Of a stretch of DNA of 64,000 nucleotides, positions 19,759-29,757 are shown piece by piece (the first letter of the stretch is position 1; each line of letters begins with the position of its first letter). The position numbers and the translations under genes were made by a program. Source of the DNA: Elusimicrobiota bacterium (lineage in GTDB: Bacteria; Elusimicrobiota; Elusimicrobia; UBA1565); NCBI GenBank assembly GCA_043827405.1, contig JBDRPD010000087.1, positions 53,023 through 117,022 of the forward strand, in the 5' to 3' direction. Below the pieces are notes generated by a model. The model searched no databases. It saw nothing but the letters and a program-made list of their open reading frames with translations, and had not been told where the DNA came from.

Positions 19759-21237
19759 CTAGTACGCCTCGTCTATCTTCTCCACCACGGTGCGGATGAC
19801 CTTGATGCGGGCCCCGCGCTTGTCGTTGCCTTCGACCAGCGTCCAGGGCGCGCAGTCGGTGCTGGTCTTCTCGATCATATCGCAGGCCGCCGCCTCATAG
19901 GCGTCCCACTTCTTGCGGTTGCGCCAGTCCTCCTCGGTCAGCTTGTACTGCTTATAGGGCTTGAGGTTGCGGTCCTTAAAGCGCTGGAGCTGCTCCTGCG
20001 GCGTGATGGCGATCCAGAACTTGAGGAGGATGATCCCGAAGTCGGTGAGCTGTTCCTCGAAAGCGTTGATCTCGCCGTAAGCGCGCGTCCATTCATCGGG
20101 GGAGCAGAAGCCCTCCAGACGCTCGACGAGCACGCGCCCGTACCAGGAGCGGTCGTAGACCGCCATCCGCCCGGTGCGCGGCAGGTCGCGCCAAAAACGC
20201 CACAGGTAGGGGTGCGCGCGTTCGATCTCGTCCGGCGCCGAAGTCGATATAACGCGGTAGAGCCGCGCATCCATGGCCCGCGTCATGCGCCGGATCGAGC
20301 CGCCCTTGCCGGCCGCATCCGGCCCCTCAAAAAGCAGCAGCACCGACTTCTTGCGGCCGCGCAGGCGCCGCGTCAGGTCCGCGAGCCGGCCCTGCCACCG
20401 GGGAAGCTCCTTGTCGTAATCCTCCCGGCTCAGCGCTTTCGTGAAATCGAGGCGGCGCAGGATATTGACCGGCTTGGGCCTGGGGACCGTCGGTTTGGCG
20501 TCAGGCTGCAGCTTATTGGATTTCAACTTATTGTTGATCGCCTTGATCAGCGCCTTGGCGGCGGTCAAAGCGGTATGCCGGCGGTCCGCCGCCTCGACGA
20601 TCTGCCACGGGACCGCGGCCGTGCCGGTCTTGCGCAGCGTCTGCTCCGATACTTCACGGAAACGGTCGTAGCGCTTGAGGAAGCGCCAGTCCTTGGCGGT
20701 AACGCGCCAGCGCGTTTCAGGATCCTTCTCGAGCTTATTGAAGCGCCGCCGCTGATCCTTCTTGGATAGATGCAGCCACAGCTTGACCACCAGGACTTTC
20801 TCATCGGCCAGCAGCGTCTCGAAATCCTTGATGTGCCCCAGTTCCTTATAGAAGGAAGCCTTCTTCTTGCGGTGAAAGACGCGGTCCACTATCAGGTCGC
20901 TGTACCAGGATCCCAGAAAAACCGCCATTTTCCCCTTGGGCGGGAGCATCCGCCAGTAGCGCCAGAAGCGCGGCCGCTCCTTTTCCTCATCCGAGGGCTC
21001 CCACGGCGCGTGGACCTCAACGCCGCGCGCGTCCATCCACTCGACAAGAAGGTTGACAAGCTGGGTCTTGCCGGCGCCTTCCACTCCGGAGACCAGGAGC
21101 GCCACCGAGAAGTCCGCCTTGGAGAGCTGCTTTTGCGCCTCCAGCAGGGCCAGGCGCAGCTTGGGGACCTCCTTGTCGAAGGTCTCCTTGTCGGTCTTTA
21201 TTCCAAGCTCGGCGATTTCGAACATGATGCCCCCCAT
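19759..21237 (-). CDS. pap: Polyphosphate:AMP phosphotransferase (two-domain PPK2)
   Basis: Two PPK2 domains (GVEGAGK / EGPDAAGKGG, GSWY / DRSWYGRV, EDWRNR). Confidence 0.93.
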   Translation of the reverse strand: MGGIMFEIAELGIKTDKETFDKEVPKLRLALLEAQKQLSKADFSVALLVSGVEGAGKTQLVNLLVEWMDARGVEVHAPWEPSDEEKERPRFWRYWRMLPPKGKMAVFLGSWYSDLIVDRVFHRKKKASFYKELGHIKDFETLLADEKVLVVKLWLHLSKKDQRRRFNKLEKDPETRWRVTAKDWRFLKRYDRFREVSEQTLRKTGTAAVPWQIVEAADRRHTALTAAKALIKAINNKLKSNKLQPDAKPTVPRPKPVNILRRLDFTKALSREDYDKELPRWQGRLADLTRRLRGRKKSVLLLFEGPDAAGKGGSIRRMTRAMDARLYRVISTSAPDEIERAHPYLWRFWRDLPRTGRMAVYDRSWYGRVLVERLEGFCSPDEWTRAYGEINAFEEQLTDFGIILLKFWIAITPQEQLQRFKDRNLKPYKQYKLTEEDWRNRKKWDAYEAAACDMIEKTSTDCAPWTLVEGNDKRGARIKVIRTVVEKIDEAY

Positions 21238-21282
21238 ATAGAAAGCATACTCCGCGCGGCGCGATCAAGCGGACGAGGGGCC

Positions 21283-21951
21283 TTAGTAGCAGCCGTCTAT
21301 GCCGCGAAACGACCTGAGCAGGATGTTCCCCGCCGGGACGGTCCGCACGAGCTCGAGCTCGAGGTGGTACTTGTTGCCTGCCGGGTCTTCGGTATCGCCC
21401 TTGATGACGACCTGATACAGCGTCTCCGCGGGTCCCGGAACGGCCGCCTGCCGACTAACGACCAGGAGCTCGTCGTAGTAGAGGTTAGGACAATGCTTAC
21501 GGACCTGGGCATGCACGGCGATCTGCAGCGGCGGCGGGATCACGGAGTCGTCGAAGAACTCGATGATGCCGGTCAGCTCCGCGCTCTGGGCACTGAAGCC
21601 GCCGGAGCCATCCGCGGGAACGATCATCTGCGGGCAGGCGCGCAGGTCGCCGCGCGGGGCGCCGGGCGGCAGCGCGTGCCGGTATGTGCCGCCGTAGCGG
21701 CAGGCGTAGAGGCAGACGCCGTCATCCACGCTCCGCAGGTAGCAGGCCCGGCGAACGAGGTCCCCGTTCATCACCAGCGGCGCGAACGCCGGGGAGGCGG
21801 CCTTCATCTCCGCCACGATCTTTTTGATGCTGAAGTCCTGCTGGTCGAAATCTAAAGCCGGCTGACCGGCCCTGGCGGCGGTTCCGTTCGCGGCCAGACC
21901 GAAGGCCGCGCCGAGAACTACGGTCTTTACTACGTGCGCTACTCTGCTCAT
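21283..21951 (-). CDS. Exported hypothetical protein with a Cys-containing module
   Basis: SD GGAGG before ATG 21951 (MSRVAH); signal peptide ending ..AARA; C-x9-C-x3-C..C module. Confidence 0.65.
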   Translation of the reverse strand: MSRVAHVVKTVVLGAAFGLAANGTAARAGQPALDFDQQDFSIKKIVAEMKAASPAFAPLVMNGDLVRRACYLRSVDDGVCLYACRYGGTYRHALPPGAPRGDLRACPQMIVPADGSGGFSAQSAELTGIIEFFDDSVIPPPLQIAVHAQVRKHCPNLYYDELLVVSRQAAVPGPAETLYQVVIKGDTEDPAGNKYHLELELVRTVPAGNILLRSFRGIDGCY

Positions 21952-22097
21952 TCCACCTCCGTTCGCTGCGCTCCCCCGGGCTCTGCGGCTGCCCGAAGGT
22001 TGCAGGAACATTATAGGCGCATCACCCCATCAACATCATGAGCCGTTGGGCCCAGAGCGATCTTGACGCCTGCGCGCGAACGAGCCTCTTCCCCCTA

Positions 22098-22283
22098 CTA
22101 CAGCAACCCCAGGATAAAAACGTAAACGCTCACCAGGATGAGATGAACGACGGCGAACGGCAGCGCCTTTTTTTCGACCAAATCAGTAACCAGCAGGACC
22201 TTGGGGAAATGGACTTCCTGATATTCATAGGGCTCCCGCATGGCGCGCTTGAAGACAGATTCGAATACATCTAATTTTGCCAT
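22098..22283 (-). pseudogene. Small ORF or deletion remnant divergent from rnfB
   Basis: 61-aa ORF (MAKLDVFESVFK...) with a soluble-looking N-half joined abruptly to a hydrophobic tail. Confidence 0.3.
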
Positions 22284-22381
22284 TATCATATTAATTAACT
22301 TTTTTATGGCTTTTTCCAAATCATCCCATTGGCTGTTTTGTTGCAATTTGATTAGCCGACACCTGACTCCTCGCATCGCTA

Positions 22382-23254
22382 ATGACTACACAGGCATTTA
22401 TCACCGCAACCTCTTTTATGGTAGGCCTTGGCGCGACGCTGGCGATCGTGCTGGCCCTGGCCAATAAGCGGCTCCATGTTGAGGAAGACCCGCGCATCGA
22501 CGAAGTGGAAGAGAAGCTTCCCGGCAATAACTGCGGCGCCTGTGGACTGCCGGGCTGCCGGGCCTTCGCCGAAAAAGCCGTGGCCGGCGAGGTAAACCCC
22601 GCCAAGTGCACGGTGAGCCCACCGGAAGAGATCGATGCCATCGCCGCCCTGCTCGGCGTCGAGGCCGAGGCCGAAGAAAAACGCGTCGCGCGGCTGGCCT
22701 GCGCCGGCGGCGACAACGTCGCACGTCAGCGCGTGCACTACCAGGGCATGGCATCCTGCCAGGCCGCCGCGCTGGCCACCGGCGGCGGCAAGGGCTGCGT
22801 CTGGGGCTGTCTCGGCTTCGGCGACTGCGGCGACGTCTGCACCTTCGAAGCCATCAAGATGGACGCCAACGGCCTGCCCATCGTCGACCCCGATAAGTGC
22901 ACGGCCTGCGGCGACTGCGTCGAAATCTGTCCCAAATCCCTGTTTTCCCTGCAGCCGGTGAGCCGCAAGCTCTGGGTCGCCTGCATGAACGGGGCCGCGG
23001 GCGACGCCGCCGAGAACGAATGCGCCGTCGCCTGCACCGCCTGCGGCCTATGCGCCGCCGACGCGGCCGAAGGCCTTATCACAATGCGCAACAACCTCCC
23101 TTTTATCGATTACCGCAAAAACGAACAGGCTTCGGACGACGCCATCGAGCGCTGCCCCACGGGCGCGATCGTATGGCTGGAAAGCCGGACTCGCCGCGTG
23201 AAAGGCGCCAGCGCCAAGCGGATCGTCCGCGAGACCCCTCTGCCGGTCGGATAG
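22382..23254 (+). CDS. rnfB: Rnf complex subunit B (polyferredoxin type)
   Basis: N-terminal TM helix, LPG.NCGACG..GC, GCLGFGDC...C, CTACGDCVEICP, CTACGLC and CPTGAI motifs. Confidence 0.95.
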   Translation: MTTQAFITATSFMVGLGATLAIVLALANKRLHVEEDPRIDEVEEKLPGNNCGACGLPGCRAFAEKAVAGEVNPAKCTVSPPEEIDAIAALLGVEAEAEEKRVARLACAGGDNVARQRVHYQGMASCQAAALATGGGKGCVWGCLGFGDCGDVCTFEAIKMDANGLPIVDPDKCTACGDCVEICPKSLFSLQPVSRKLWVACMNGAAGDAAENECAVACTACGLCAADAAEGLITMRNNLPFIDYRKNEQASDDAIERCPTGAIVWLESRTRRVKGASAKRIVRETPLPVG

Positions 23255-23258
23255 AACC

Positions 23259-26200
23259 ATGATGAGCTTTTTTCGCCGCAAAGAAACCCAGCGTGCCCCC
23301 TTCCCGGGAATACGCACGGCGCAGTCGGGCCGCGCCGCGGCCATAGTATGGACCAAAGACGGCGCCCCATCGGTCGCACGCTTGGCCGGAATCGCGATGA
23401 CCGGCGCGCGCGCCAGCGCCTGGATCGACGGCGAGACGCTCCTCGCCGAATTCGGCATGCTGCGCGAAGCGGCCGCGCGCCACATCCCCTTCGTGCTCCA
23501 CCTGGAGCGCGGCGCGGCCTCCTCCGGCGGCCTGTCCGATTTCCCCGCTTTCGACGACGCGGGCTGCTTTCTCATGCACGCCCGCAGCGCCCAGGAAGCC
23601 GCCGACTTCTCGCTTATCGCGCACCGGATCGCGGAGCGCGCCCTCGTTCCCGGCGTGGTAATCCAGGACGCGCCGCTGACCACCCAGACCACGGCCTCCA
23701 TCCTGCGGCCGGAAGACGATCTGGTCAAAGAGTACCTCGGCTCGGCGGACGACCTGGTGGCGGCGCCCACAGGGGCGCAGAAGATTCTATTCGGCGGCCG
23801 CCGGCGGCGGATTCCCGAGCTGTGGTCCGTGGACCGCCCGCTGGTCGCCCCGTCCTCGTACGGCGAGGACTCTCTTGGTGAGAGCCGGGTCGGCGGGCGC
23901 CTGTTCTTCCTCGACCACGTAGCCGGAATCGCCGACGAGGCGATGCGGCGCTTCGAGGAGCTTACCGGCCGCGGCTACGACCGCGCGGCGGCGGTGCTCA
24001 ACGGCGACGCCGAATATACGATCCTCTGCACGGGAGCCGAGACCGGCACCGCGGAGGCCGCCGCCGCCGACTTCAGCCGCAAGCGCTGCGGCATGGGCCT
24101 GGTCAGCCTGTCGATGCTGCGGCCGTTTCCGGCCGAAGACCTGCGGCGCCTGCTGGCGGGACGCAAGGGCATCCTGGTGTTGGAGAACCGCGACGCCGCC
24201 CTGGCCGAGGACCCGCCGCTGACCCGCGAAACGCGCGCGGCGCTCGGCGCCTCCTGCCCGCCGCTCTACACCGCCGTCCATGGGCTCGGCGGCAGCGCGC
24301 TCCGTCCCGGCGAGCTGTACCCGGCGCTGGAGAACATCCTCGCCCAAGGCAGCCGCCGGCGCAGCGTCTACCTGTCGCTTTCCCAGCCCGCACCGCGGTC
24401 GCCCAAGCAGGAGATCGAACAGCAGGCGGTGCTCGACGCCTATCCCGAAGCCGCCGAGCGCATGCCCGCCCCGGCGCCCGCCGCCGACCTGCTGCCGGCG
24501 GGCGCGTTCACGATCCGTTTATTGGGCGCCGCCCCCGCGCTGCGCGACGCCGCCGGCGAGCGCCTCGGCGCGCTGCTCGCGGAGCTTTTCGAGCACCGCC
24601 TGCGGGCGCACGCCGAGCCGGAAAGCGGCTCCTACCGGATCACGGTGGCGCACGAGGAAATCCGCACCGCCGCCGCTCCCGCCGCGGCCGACATCGCGAT
24701 CATTCTCGACCCCGCGCTGCTGCGCGGCGGCGCGCTCGACGGCGTGCGCAAAAGCGGCTGCGTCATCCTGCAGAGCGTCGCCGACAAGCCCGAGCATGTC
24801 CGCGACGCCCTCCCCCCGCGAGCCCTGCGCACCGCCCGCGACCGGATGCTGCGGCTGTTCGCCGCCGACATCCGCGCGCTGTCGAGCATGCAGAATCCCG
24901 AAGAACTGGCCTACGTACTCCTGGGCTGCGCGACGGCGGCGATGAACTCCCTCGTTTACGCCGCCCCCCCCGAAGCGCGCCTAAAAGAGACCTTGCGCCA
25001 GCCGCTCGTCAAGCGCGGCCACAACGCGCTTATCGAGCTCGGCGAGATCCCCGGCGCCGCATCCGCCCCGGAAACCGGGAAGGAGCCGGAGCTTCCGCTG
25101 CGCCTAAATACGCACCCCTGCGCCGACGTCCCGGTCGCGGACATCCACCGCTTCTATGCGCAAACCGGACATCGTTACGCCGCCGACAGCGGCGGCAACC
25201 CCGTGGACCCCTTCCTCGCTTCGGGCCATGCTCCCGCCGCGACCGGCATCCTGCGCAGCCACAGCGCCGAGCGCGACAGCTACCCGCGTCTCAACCCGGA
25301 GAAGTGCAGCGGCTGCGGCGACTGCTGGCTCGCCTGCCCGGACGCCGCTCTGCCGGCGCGCGTCAACGACTTCTCCGAGATCTGCGAGTGCGCGATCAGC
25401 CAGCTGGAAACGGAAGGCCACAAGATTGAGCACCTGCCGACGACCCTGCGCCAGGTCCAAGCCGAGTACGAGGCGCTGGCAGGAGACCTGCCGGCCGGCC
25501 GCTCGTTCCAGGAGCTGCTGCGCCGCGCGATCGAACGAACGGCAACGGCGTCCCGGCTCGCCGGCGGCGCGCGCGCGGAATTCGAAGCCGAGCTCGCCCT
25601 CTTCCAGGACAAGCTCAAGAATTTCCCGGCCGCGATGACCGAGCCTTTTTACGCCCAAGGCGGCGGCGGGCTGCTGTCGATCGCCGTCGACGCCGATGCC
25701 TGCCGCGGCTGCCTGAGCTGCGTCGCGGTATGCCGGGAAAACGCGCTCGTCCCCGCCAAGCAGACGCCGGCGGCGGACATGGAGCTGCGCCGCAGCTTCG
25801 CTTTTGCCCAGTCGCTGCCGGGCACCGACACGCGGCACATCCTCAGCGTCGATACGGAAGGGGACGCCAAGGGAGCGGCGACGCTGCTCCTTGATGCCCG
25901 AGCCCACGGCGCGACCGTCGGCGGCGGCGGCGGCGAAGCAGGCGCGGGCGAGCGCACGGCGCTGCGGCTCTTCGCGGCGGCGACGACCGCCACGCTCCGG
26001 CAGCGTCTCAACCGGAAGGCGGCCGTGCTCAAAGGGCTTATCGAAAGACTTGAGAACCACATTCGCCTGGGGCTGTCGGTCGATATCCAGGACCCCTCCG
26101 CCCTCGCCGACATCCTGAAGGACCCGGAAGGCGGGGCCGTCACGCTGGCGGAAATATCCGCGCGGCTCGACCGCGAAAACAAGCCGCTCGATAAAGAGTG

Positions 26201-27392
26201 GCTCAAGCGGGTCACCGGCGCGCTCGCGGAGCTCAAATCCTGGCGCGCGCGCATCATAACCGGCGGGACCGCGCGCGCGGATTTCGGCGCCGTGCTCGTC
26301 GGCGCGGGACAGCTCGCCCGCTACCCCTACAACCCCTTCGCTTTCCCCTGCGCCCGGGTCGACAAGAACGGCGGCGTCGACCTCGCGCTCGGGCTGTTCA
26401 CGGGACATATGCGCAAGATGGCCGCGGGGATCAAGGCCTGCCGCATCGCCGAGCTTGAGCTCGACGGAAAATACAAGCCGAAGATCCATGACGAGGTATT
26501 CCGGCGCTTCGACTGGCGCTCCTTCAGCGATGACGAGCGGCGCCTGTGCCCGCCCGTCGCCGTATTCGGCGCGGCGCGCGACCTTTTCGGGCCGGCCTTC
26601 CAAAGCCTCAGCGCCGCGCTGTCCTCCGGGTGCCCGATTAAAATAATCGCCTTCGCCGCTGCGGGGGACCTGCCGGAGAACGCGCTGATCGCGGCGGCGC
26701 ACCCCGAAATCTACGTCCTGCAAAGCGGCATTGCCGATCCCGTGCATCTTATTAACGGCTTCATCGCCGGCATCTCCTCGCGGCGCCCCGCGCTCTTTCA
26801 GGTCTTTGCCGGCGGCGCCGGGGACACCGCCGCCCGCCAGGCGCGCGGGGCGCGGGACGCGCGCGCCCTGCCCTATCTGCGCTACGATCCCGAGCAGGGA
26901 GCGGGCGACGATGAGCGTCTGGATCTCTCCGGCAATCCCGAACTTGAGGCCGACTGGACCACCCGCAAGCTGCACCACATCGACGAAGAAGGCCGTCCGG
27001 CCACCCTGGACATACCTTATACGTTCGCCGACTACGCCGCGACCGAGCCGGCCTTCCGCGACGAGTTCGTCGAGGTTCCGCCGCGCTCCTGGGGCTCCGA
27101 CATGGTCCCGGTCGCCGACTATCTCGAAATGGACGCCGACGAGCGCGCCGAAGCGGTCGCCTTTGTCTGGGCGGTGGACTGGTCCGGCACACTCAAACGT
27201 CTCAAGGTCTCCGCCGCCATACTGCGGACCTGCGAGCGCCGGCTGGTTTTCTGGCGGGGACTCAAACGCCGCAAGCGCCTGGATATCGCGACCGTCGACG
27301 AAAACGTCATCGCGGAGAAGGCCCGCGGCGAGATGGTGGAAAAATTGACGCAGTCCCTCATGGAACTGGCGCAGAGCGGTAGGAGCGGATGA
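23259..27392 (+). CDS. Pyruvate:ferredoxin oxidoreductase (NifJ)-like protein with degenerate catalytic motifs
   Basis: PFOR landmarks AQEAADF..IAH..AE, RPFP, ATG..R, CSGCGDCWLACPD, CRGCLSCVAVC, YPYNPF, YDP..LSGNP and TFAD. YPITP and GDG..N are absent. Confidence 0.8.
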   Translation: MMSFFRRKETQRAPFPGIRTAQSGRAAAIVWTKDGAPSVARLAGIAMTGARASAWIDGETLLAEFGMLREAAARHIPFVLHLERGAASSGGLSDFPAFDDAGCFLMHARSAQEAADFSLIAHRIAERALVPGVVIQDAPLTTQTTASILRPEDDLVKEYLGSADDLVAAPTGAQKILFGGRRRRIPELWSVDRPLVAPSSYGEDSLGESRVGGRLFFLDHVAGIADEAMRRFEELTGRGYDRAAAVLNGDAEYTILCTGAETGTAEAAAADFSRKRCGMGLVSLSMLRPFPAEDLRRLLAGRKGILVLENRDAALAEDPPLTRETRAALGASCPPLYTAVHGLGGSALRPGELYPALENILAQGSRRRSVYLSLSQPAPRSPKQEIEQQAVLDAYPEAAERMPAPAPAADLLPAGAFTIRLLGAAPALRDAAGERLGALLAELFEHRLRAHAEPESGSYRITVAHEEIRTAAAPAAADIAIILDPALLRGGALDGVRKSGCVILQSVADKPEHVRDALPPRALRTARDRMLRLFAADIRALSSMQNPEELAYVLLGCATAAMNSLVYAAPPEARLKETLRQPLVKRGHNALIELGEIPGAASAPETGKEPELPLRLNTHPCADVPVADIHRFYAQTGHRYAADSGGNPVDPFLASGHAPAATGILRSHSAERDSYPRLNPEKCSGCGDCWLACPDAALPARVNDFSEICECAISQLETEGHKIEHLPTTLRQVQAEYEALAGDLPAGRSFQELLRRAIERTATASRLAGGARAEFEAELALFQDKLKNFPAAMTEPFYAQGGGGLLSIAVDADACRGCLSCVAVCRENALVPAKQTPAADMELRRSFAFAQSLPGTDTRHILSVDTEGDAKGAATLLLDARAHGATVGGGGGEAGAGERTALRLFAAATTATLRQRLNRKAAVLKGLIERLENHIRLGLSVDIQDPSALADILKDPEGGAVTLAEISARLDRENKPLDKEWLKRVTGALAELKSWRARIITGGTARADFGAVLVGAGQLARYPYNPFAFPCARVDKNGGVDLALGLFTGHMRKMAAGIKACRIAELELDGKYKPKIHDEVFRRFDWRSFSDDERRLCPPVAVFGAARDLFGPAFQSLSAALSSGCPIKIIAFAAAGDLPENALIAAAHPEIYVLQSGIADPVHLINGFIAGISSRRPALFQVFAGGAGDTAARQARGARDARALPYLRYDPEQGAGDDERLDLSGNPELEADWTTRKLHHIDEEGRPATLDIPYTFADYAATEPAFRDEFVEVPPRSWGSDMVPVADYLEMDADERAEAVAFVWAVDWSGTLKRLKVSAAILRTCERRLVFWRGLKRRKRLDIATVDENVIAEKARGEMVEKLTQSLMELAQSGRSG

Positions 27393-28735
27393 GCCTGCCG
27401 ACCTTTCCGCACGGCATCCATCCCCCGGAGGCCAAGGAGATTTCAAACTCCAAGCCCATCCGGCGCTTCCCCTTCGCCCCCTACCTGGTCATTTTCCTGT
27501 CCCAGCATACGGGCAAGCCCGCCCGCGCCCTGGTCCGCGCCGGGCAGGAGGTGCGCCGCGGCGACAAAATCGCGGAGGCCGACGGCTTCGTCTCCGTCCC
27601 GCATTACGCGCCCGCGACCGGCAGGATCAAGGCCGTAACCCAGGCGATGAATTTCGACGGCAAAATGGCGGATGCCATCATCCTCATCCCCCATCCCGGC
27701 TCGCCGCAGGAGCTCGCGCCGAGCAAGCAGATCGACGTCACGCGGCTCACGCCAGCGCAGATCGTCGCCGGCATCCAGAACATGGGCATGGTGGGCCTCG
27801 GCGGGGCGGCTTTTCCGACGCATGTAAAGCTCACCCCCCCCAAGGGCCGCAAGATCGACACCCTAATCATCAACGGCTGCGAATGCGAGCCCTACCTGAC
27901 CAGCGACCACCGCGTCATGCTTGAGCGCTCGGCTGAGATTATCCTCGGCGCGCGGCTGCTGGCGAAAGCCCTGATGGTCAAGCGCACCATTATCGCCGTC
28001 GAGTCGAACAAGCCGGACGCCATTGAGGTCCTCCGGCGCGCCGCGGCCGGAGCGGAGAAGATCGAGGTCGCCGCGCTGGAAACCAAGTACCCGCAGGGCG
28101 CGGAGAAGATGCTGACCAAGGCGCTGCTGGACCGCGAAATTCCCTCCGGCGGACTGCCGGCCGACATCGGGACCATGGTCTCCAACGTGGCCACCGCCGC
28201 CGAGATCGGCGAGCTCCTGCCCGCCGGCCGCGGCCTCTTTGAGCGGGTCGTAACGATCAGCGGCGAGGGGATAGAGCGGCCCGGCAACTACATCATTCCC
28301 ATCGGCACGCCGCTCGACTTCATCCTCGACACCGTCGGCTTCCGGGGCCGGGCCAAACAGGTCCTCTTCGGCGGGCCGATGATGGGCAAGGCCGTGGTGT
28401 TCCTGGAGACGCCGACGATCAAGGGGCTGACCGGCATCGTGGTCCTCGCCAAAGAGGAGCTTGCCGAGAAGAAACAGATTTACTCCTGCATCCGCTGCGC
28501 GGCCTGCGTCAACGCCTGCCCCATGCACCTCAATCCCACGCGCCTGGGCCTCCTGGCGCGGGTACACGCCTTTGACAAGATGAAGGATGAGTTCCATCTC
28601 CTCGACTGCTTCGAATGCGGCTGCTGCGCCTATGTCTGCCCATCCAATATCCCGCTGGTGCAGCACTTCCGGCTCGCCAAGGGCATCCTGCGCAAGCGCC
28701 AACTGGCGGCGGCCGCGAACGGAGCCGCCAAATGA
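27389..28735 (+). CDS. rnfC: Rnf complex subunit C
   Basis: GIHP, QH.G, GLGGA.FPT..K, ECEPYLTSD, KYPQG.E, GGPMMG, CIRC..C...CP and CFECG.C.YVCP motifs. Confidence 0.97.
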   Translation: MSLPTFPHGIHPPEAKEISNSKPIRRFPFAPYLVIFLSQHTGKPARALVRAGQEVRRGDKIAEADGFVSVPHYAPATGRIKAVTQAMNFDGKMADAIILIPHPGSPQELAPSKQIDVTRLTPAQIVAGIQNMGMVGLGGAAFPTHVKLTPPKGRKIDTLIINGCECEPYLTSDHRVMLERSAEIILGARLLAKALMVKRTIIAVESNKPDAIEVLRRAAAGAEKIEVAALETKYPQGAEKMLTKALLDREIPSGGLPADIGTMVSNVATAAEIGELLPAGRGLFERVVTISGEGIERPGNYIIPIGTPLDFILDTVGFRGRAKQVLFGGPMMGKAVVFLETPTIKGLTGIVVLAKEELAEKKQIYSCIRCAACVNACPMHLNPTRLGLLARVHAFDKMKDEFHLLDCFECGCCAYVCPSNIPLVQHFRLAKGILRKRQLAAAANGAAK

Positions 28736-29757
28736 CCATGCCGGCGAAGTATCTCGACATGGAGCTGCGCATCTCGCCGCACGGCAAGCGCCCCGTCGAC
28801 ACCGTCGCCATTATGCGCACCGTGGTGCTGGCCCTGCTCCCGGTCGCCGCCGCCGCCGTATACATCTTCGGCGCCGGCGCGCTGCTGCTGCTGCTGAGCA
28901 CCGTCGCCTCCTGCCTCGCGGCGGAAGCCGCCGCCTGCCGGGTGAGCGGCCGCGCCTCTTCGCTGCCGGACTACTCCGCAGTCATCACCGGCCTGCTCCT
29001 CGGCCTGACTTTGCCGCCCGGTTTTCCGTTATGGATGGCGGCGGTCGGCGGCTTTGTCTCCATCGGGCTGGGCAAAACCCTGTTCGGCGGCCTAGGCTTC
29101 AATATCTTTAATCCCGCGCTGGTCGGCCGCGCCTTCCTGCAGGCGGCCTTTCCGGTCGCCATCACCAGCTGGTCGCCGGTCCTGTCCGCGGCCCGCTTCC
29201 GGAGCCTGCCGCCGGGGACGCTGACAGTGCCGTTCACGCACCCGACCGCCGACGCCTTCTCCGGCGCCACCCCTCTGGCGGCGATGAAGTTCGACCATGC
29301 GGCGGCGCCGCTGGGCGACCTGCTCTTCGGCGGCGTGCCGGGCTCAATGGGCGAGACCTGCGCCGCGGTTATCCTGCTCTGCGGCCTCTACCTGGCGCTG
29401 CGCCGGATGCTGGACTGGCGCATCCCGGCCGGCATCTTCACCGCGGTCATCGTGACCAGCGCGATGGTGCGCCTGATCGTCCCCTCCGCGCCGACGCCCG
29501 GATTCATGCTGCTCTCGGGAGGCCTCATGCTGGGCGCGGTATTTATGGCGACGGACATGGTCACCTCCCCCGTCACCTCCCGCGGCGTATGGCTCTACGC
29601 CGGCCTCATCGGCATGCTGGTCGTCATCATCCGCGTCTGGGGCGGCCTGCCGGAGGGCGTGATGTACGCCATCCTTATCGGCAACGCCGTGACGCCGGGA
29701 CTCAACCGCATCACCCAGCCCAGAGTTTACGGGACCTCGTGCAGGAGCGTGAAGTGA
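28732..29757 (+). CDS. rnfD: Rnf complex subunit D
   Basis: SPH, FGGLG.NIFNPA, SGATPL (FMN-Thr), GS.GE and FMATD.VTSP motifs; ATG overlaps the rnfC stop (ATGA). Confidence 0.96.
   Translation: MTMPAKYLDMELRISPHGKRPVDTVAIMRTVVLALLPVAAAAVYIFGAGALLLLLSTVASCLAAEAAACRVSGRASSLPDYSAVITGLLLGLTLPPGFPLWMAAVGGFVSIGLGKTLFGGLGFNIFNPALVGRAFLQAAFPVAITSWSPVLSAARFRSLPPGTLTVPFTHPTADAFSGATPLAAMKFDHAAAPLGDLLFGGVPGSMGETCAAVILLCGLYLALRRMLDWRIPAGIFTAVIVTSAMVRLIVPSAPTPGFMLLSGGLMLGAVFMATDMVTSPVTSRGVWLYAGLIGMLVVIIRVWGGLPEGVMYAILIGNAVTPGLNRITQPRVYGTSCRSVK

Noticed and set aside
22270..22352. Possible Fur or FNR site upstream of rnfB (TGATAATG on the minus strand; TTGAT)
   Set aside because: Only half-sites; no convincing palindrome.
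25104..27446. 780-aa minus-strand ORF (also 15573-17243, 11495-13024, 32212-33768)
   Set aside because: Antisense to well-supported genes, with no recognisable domains.
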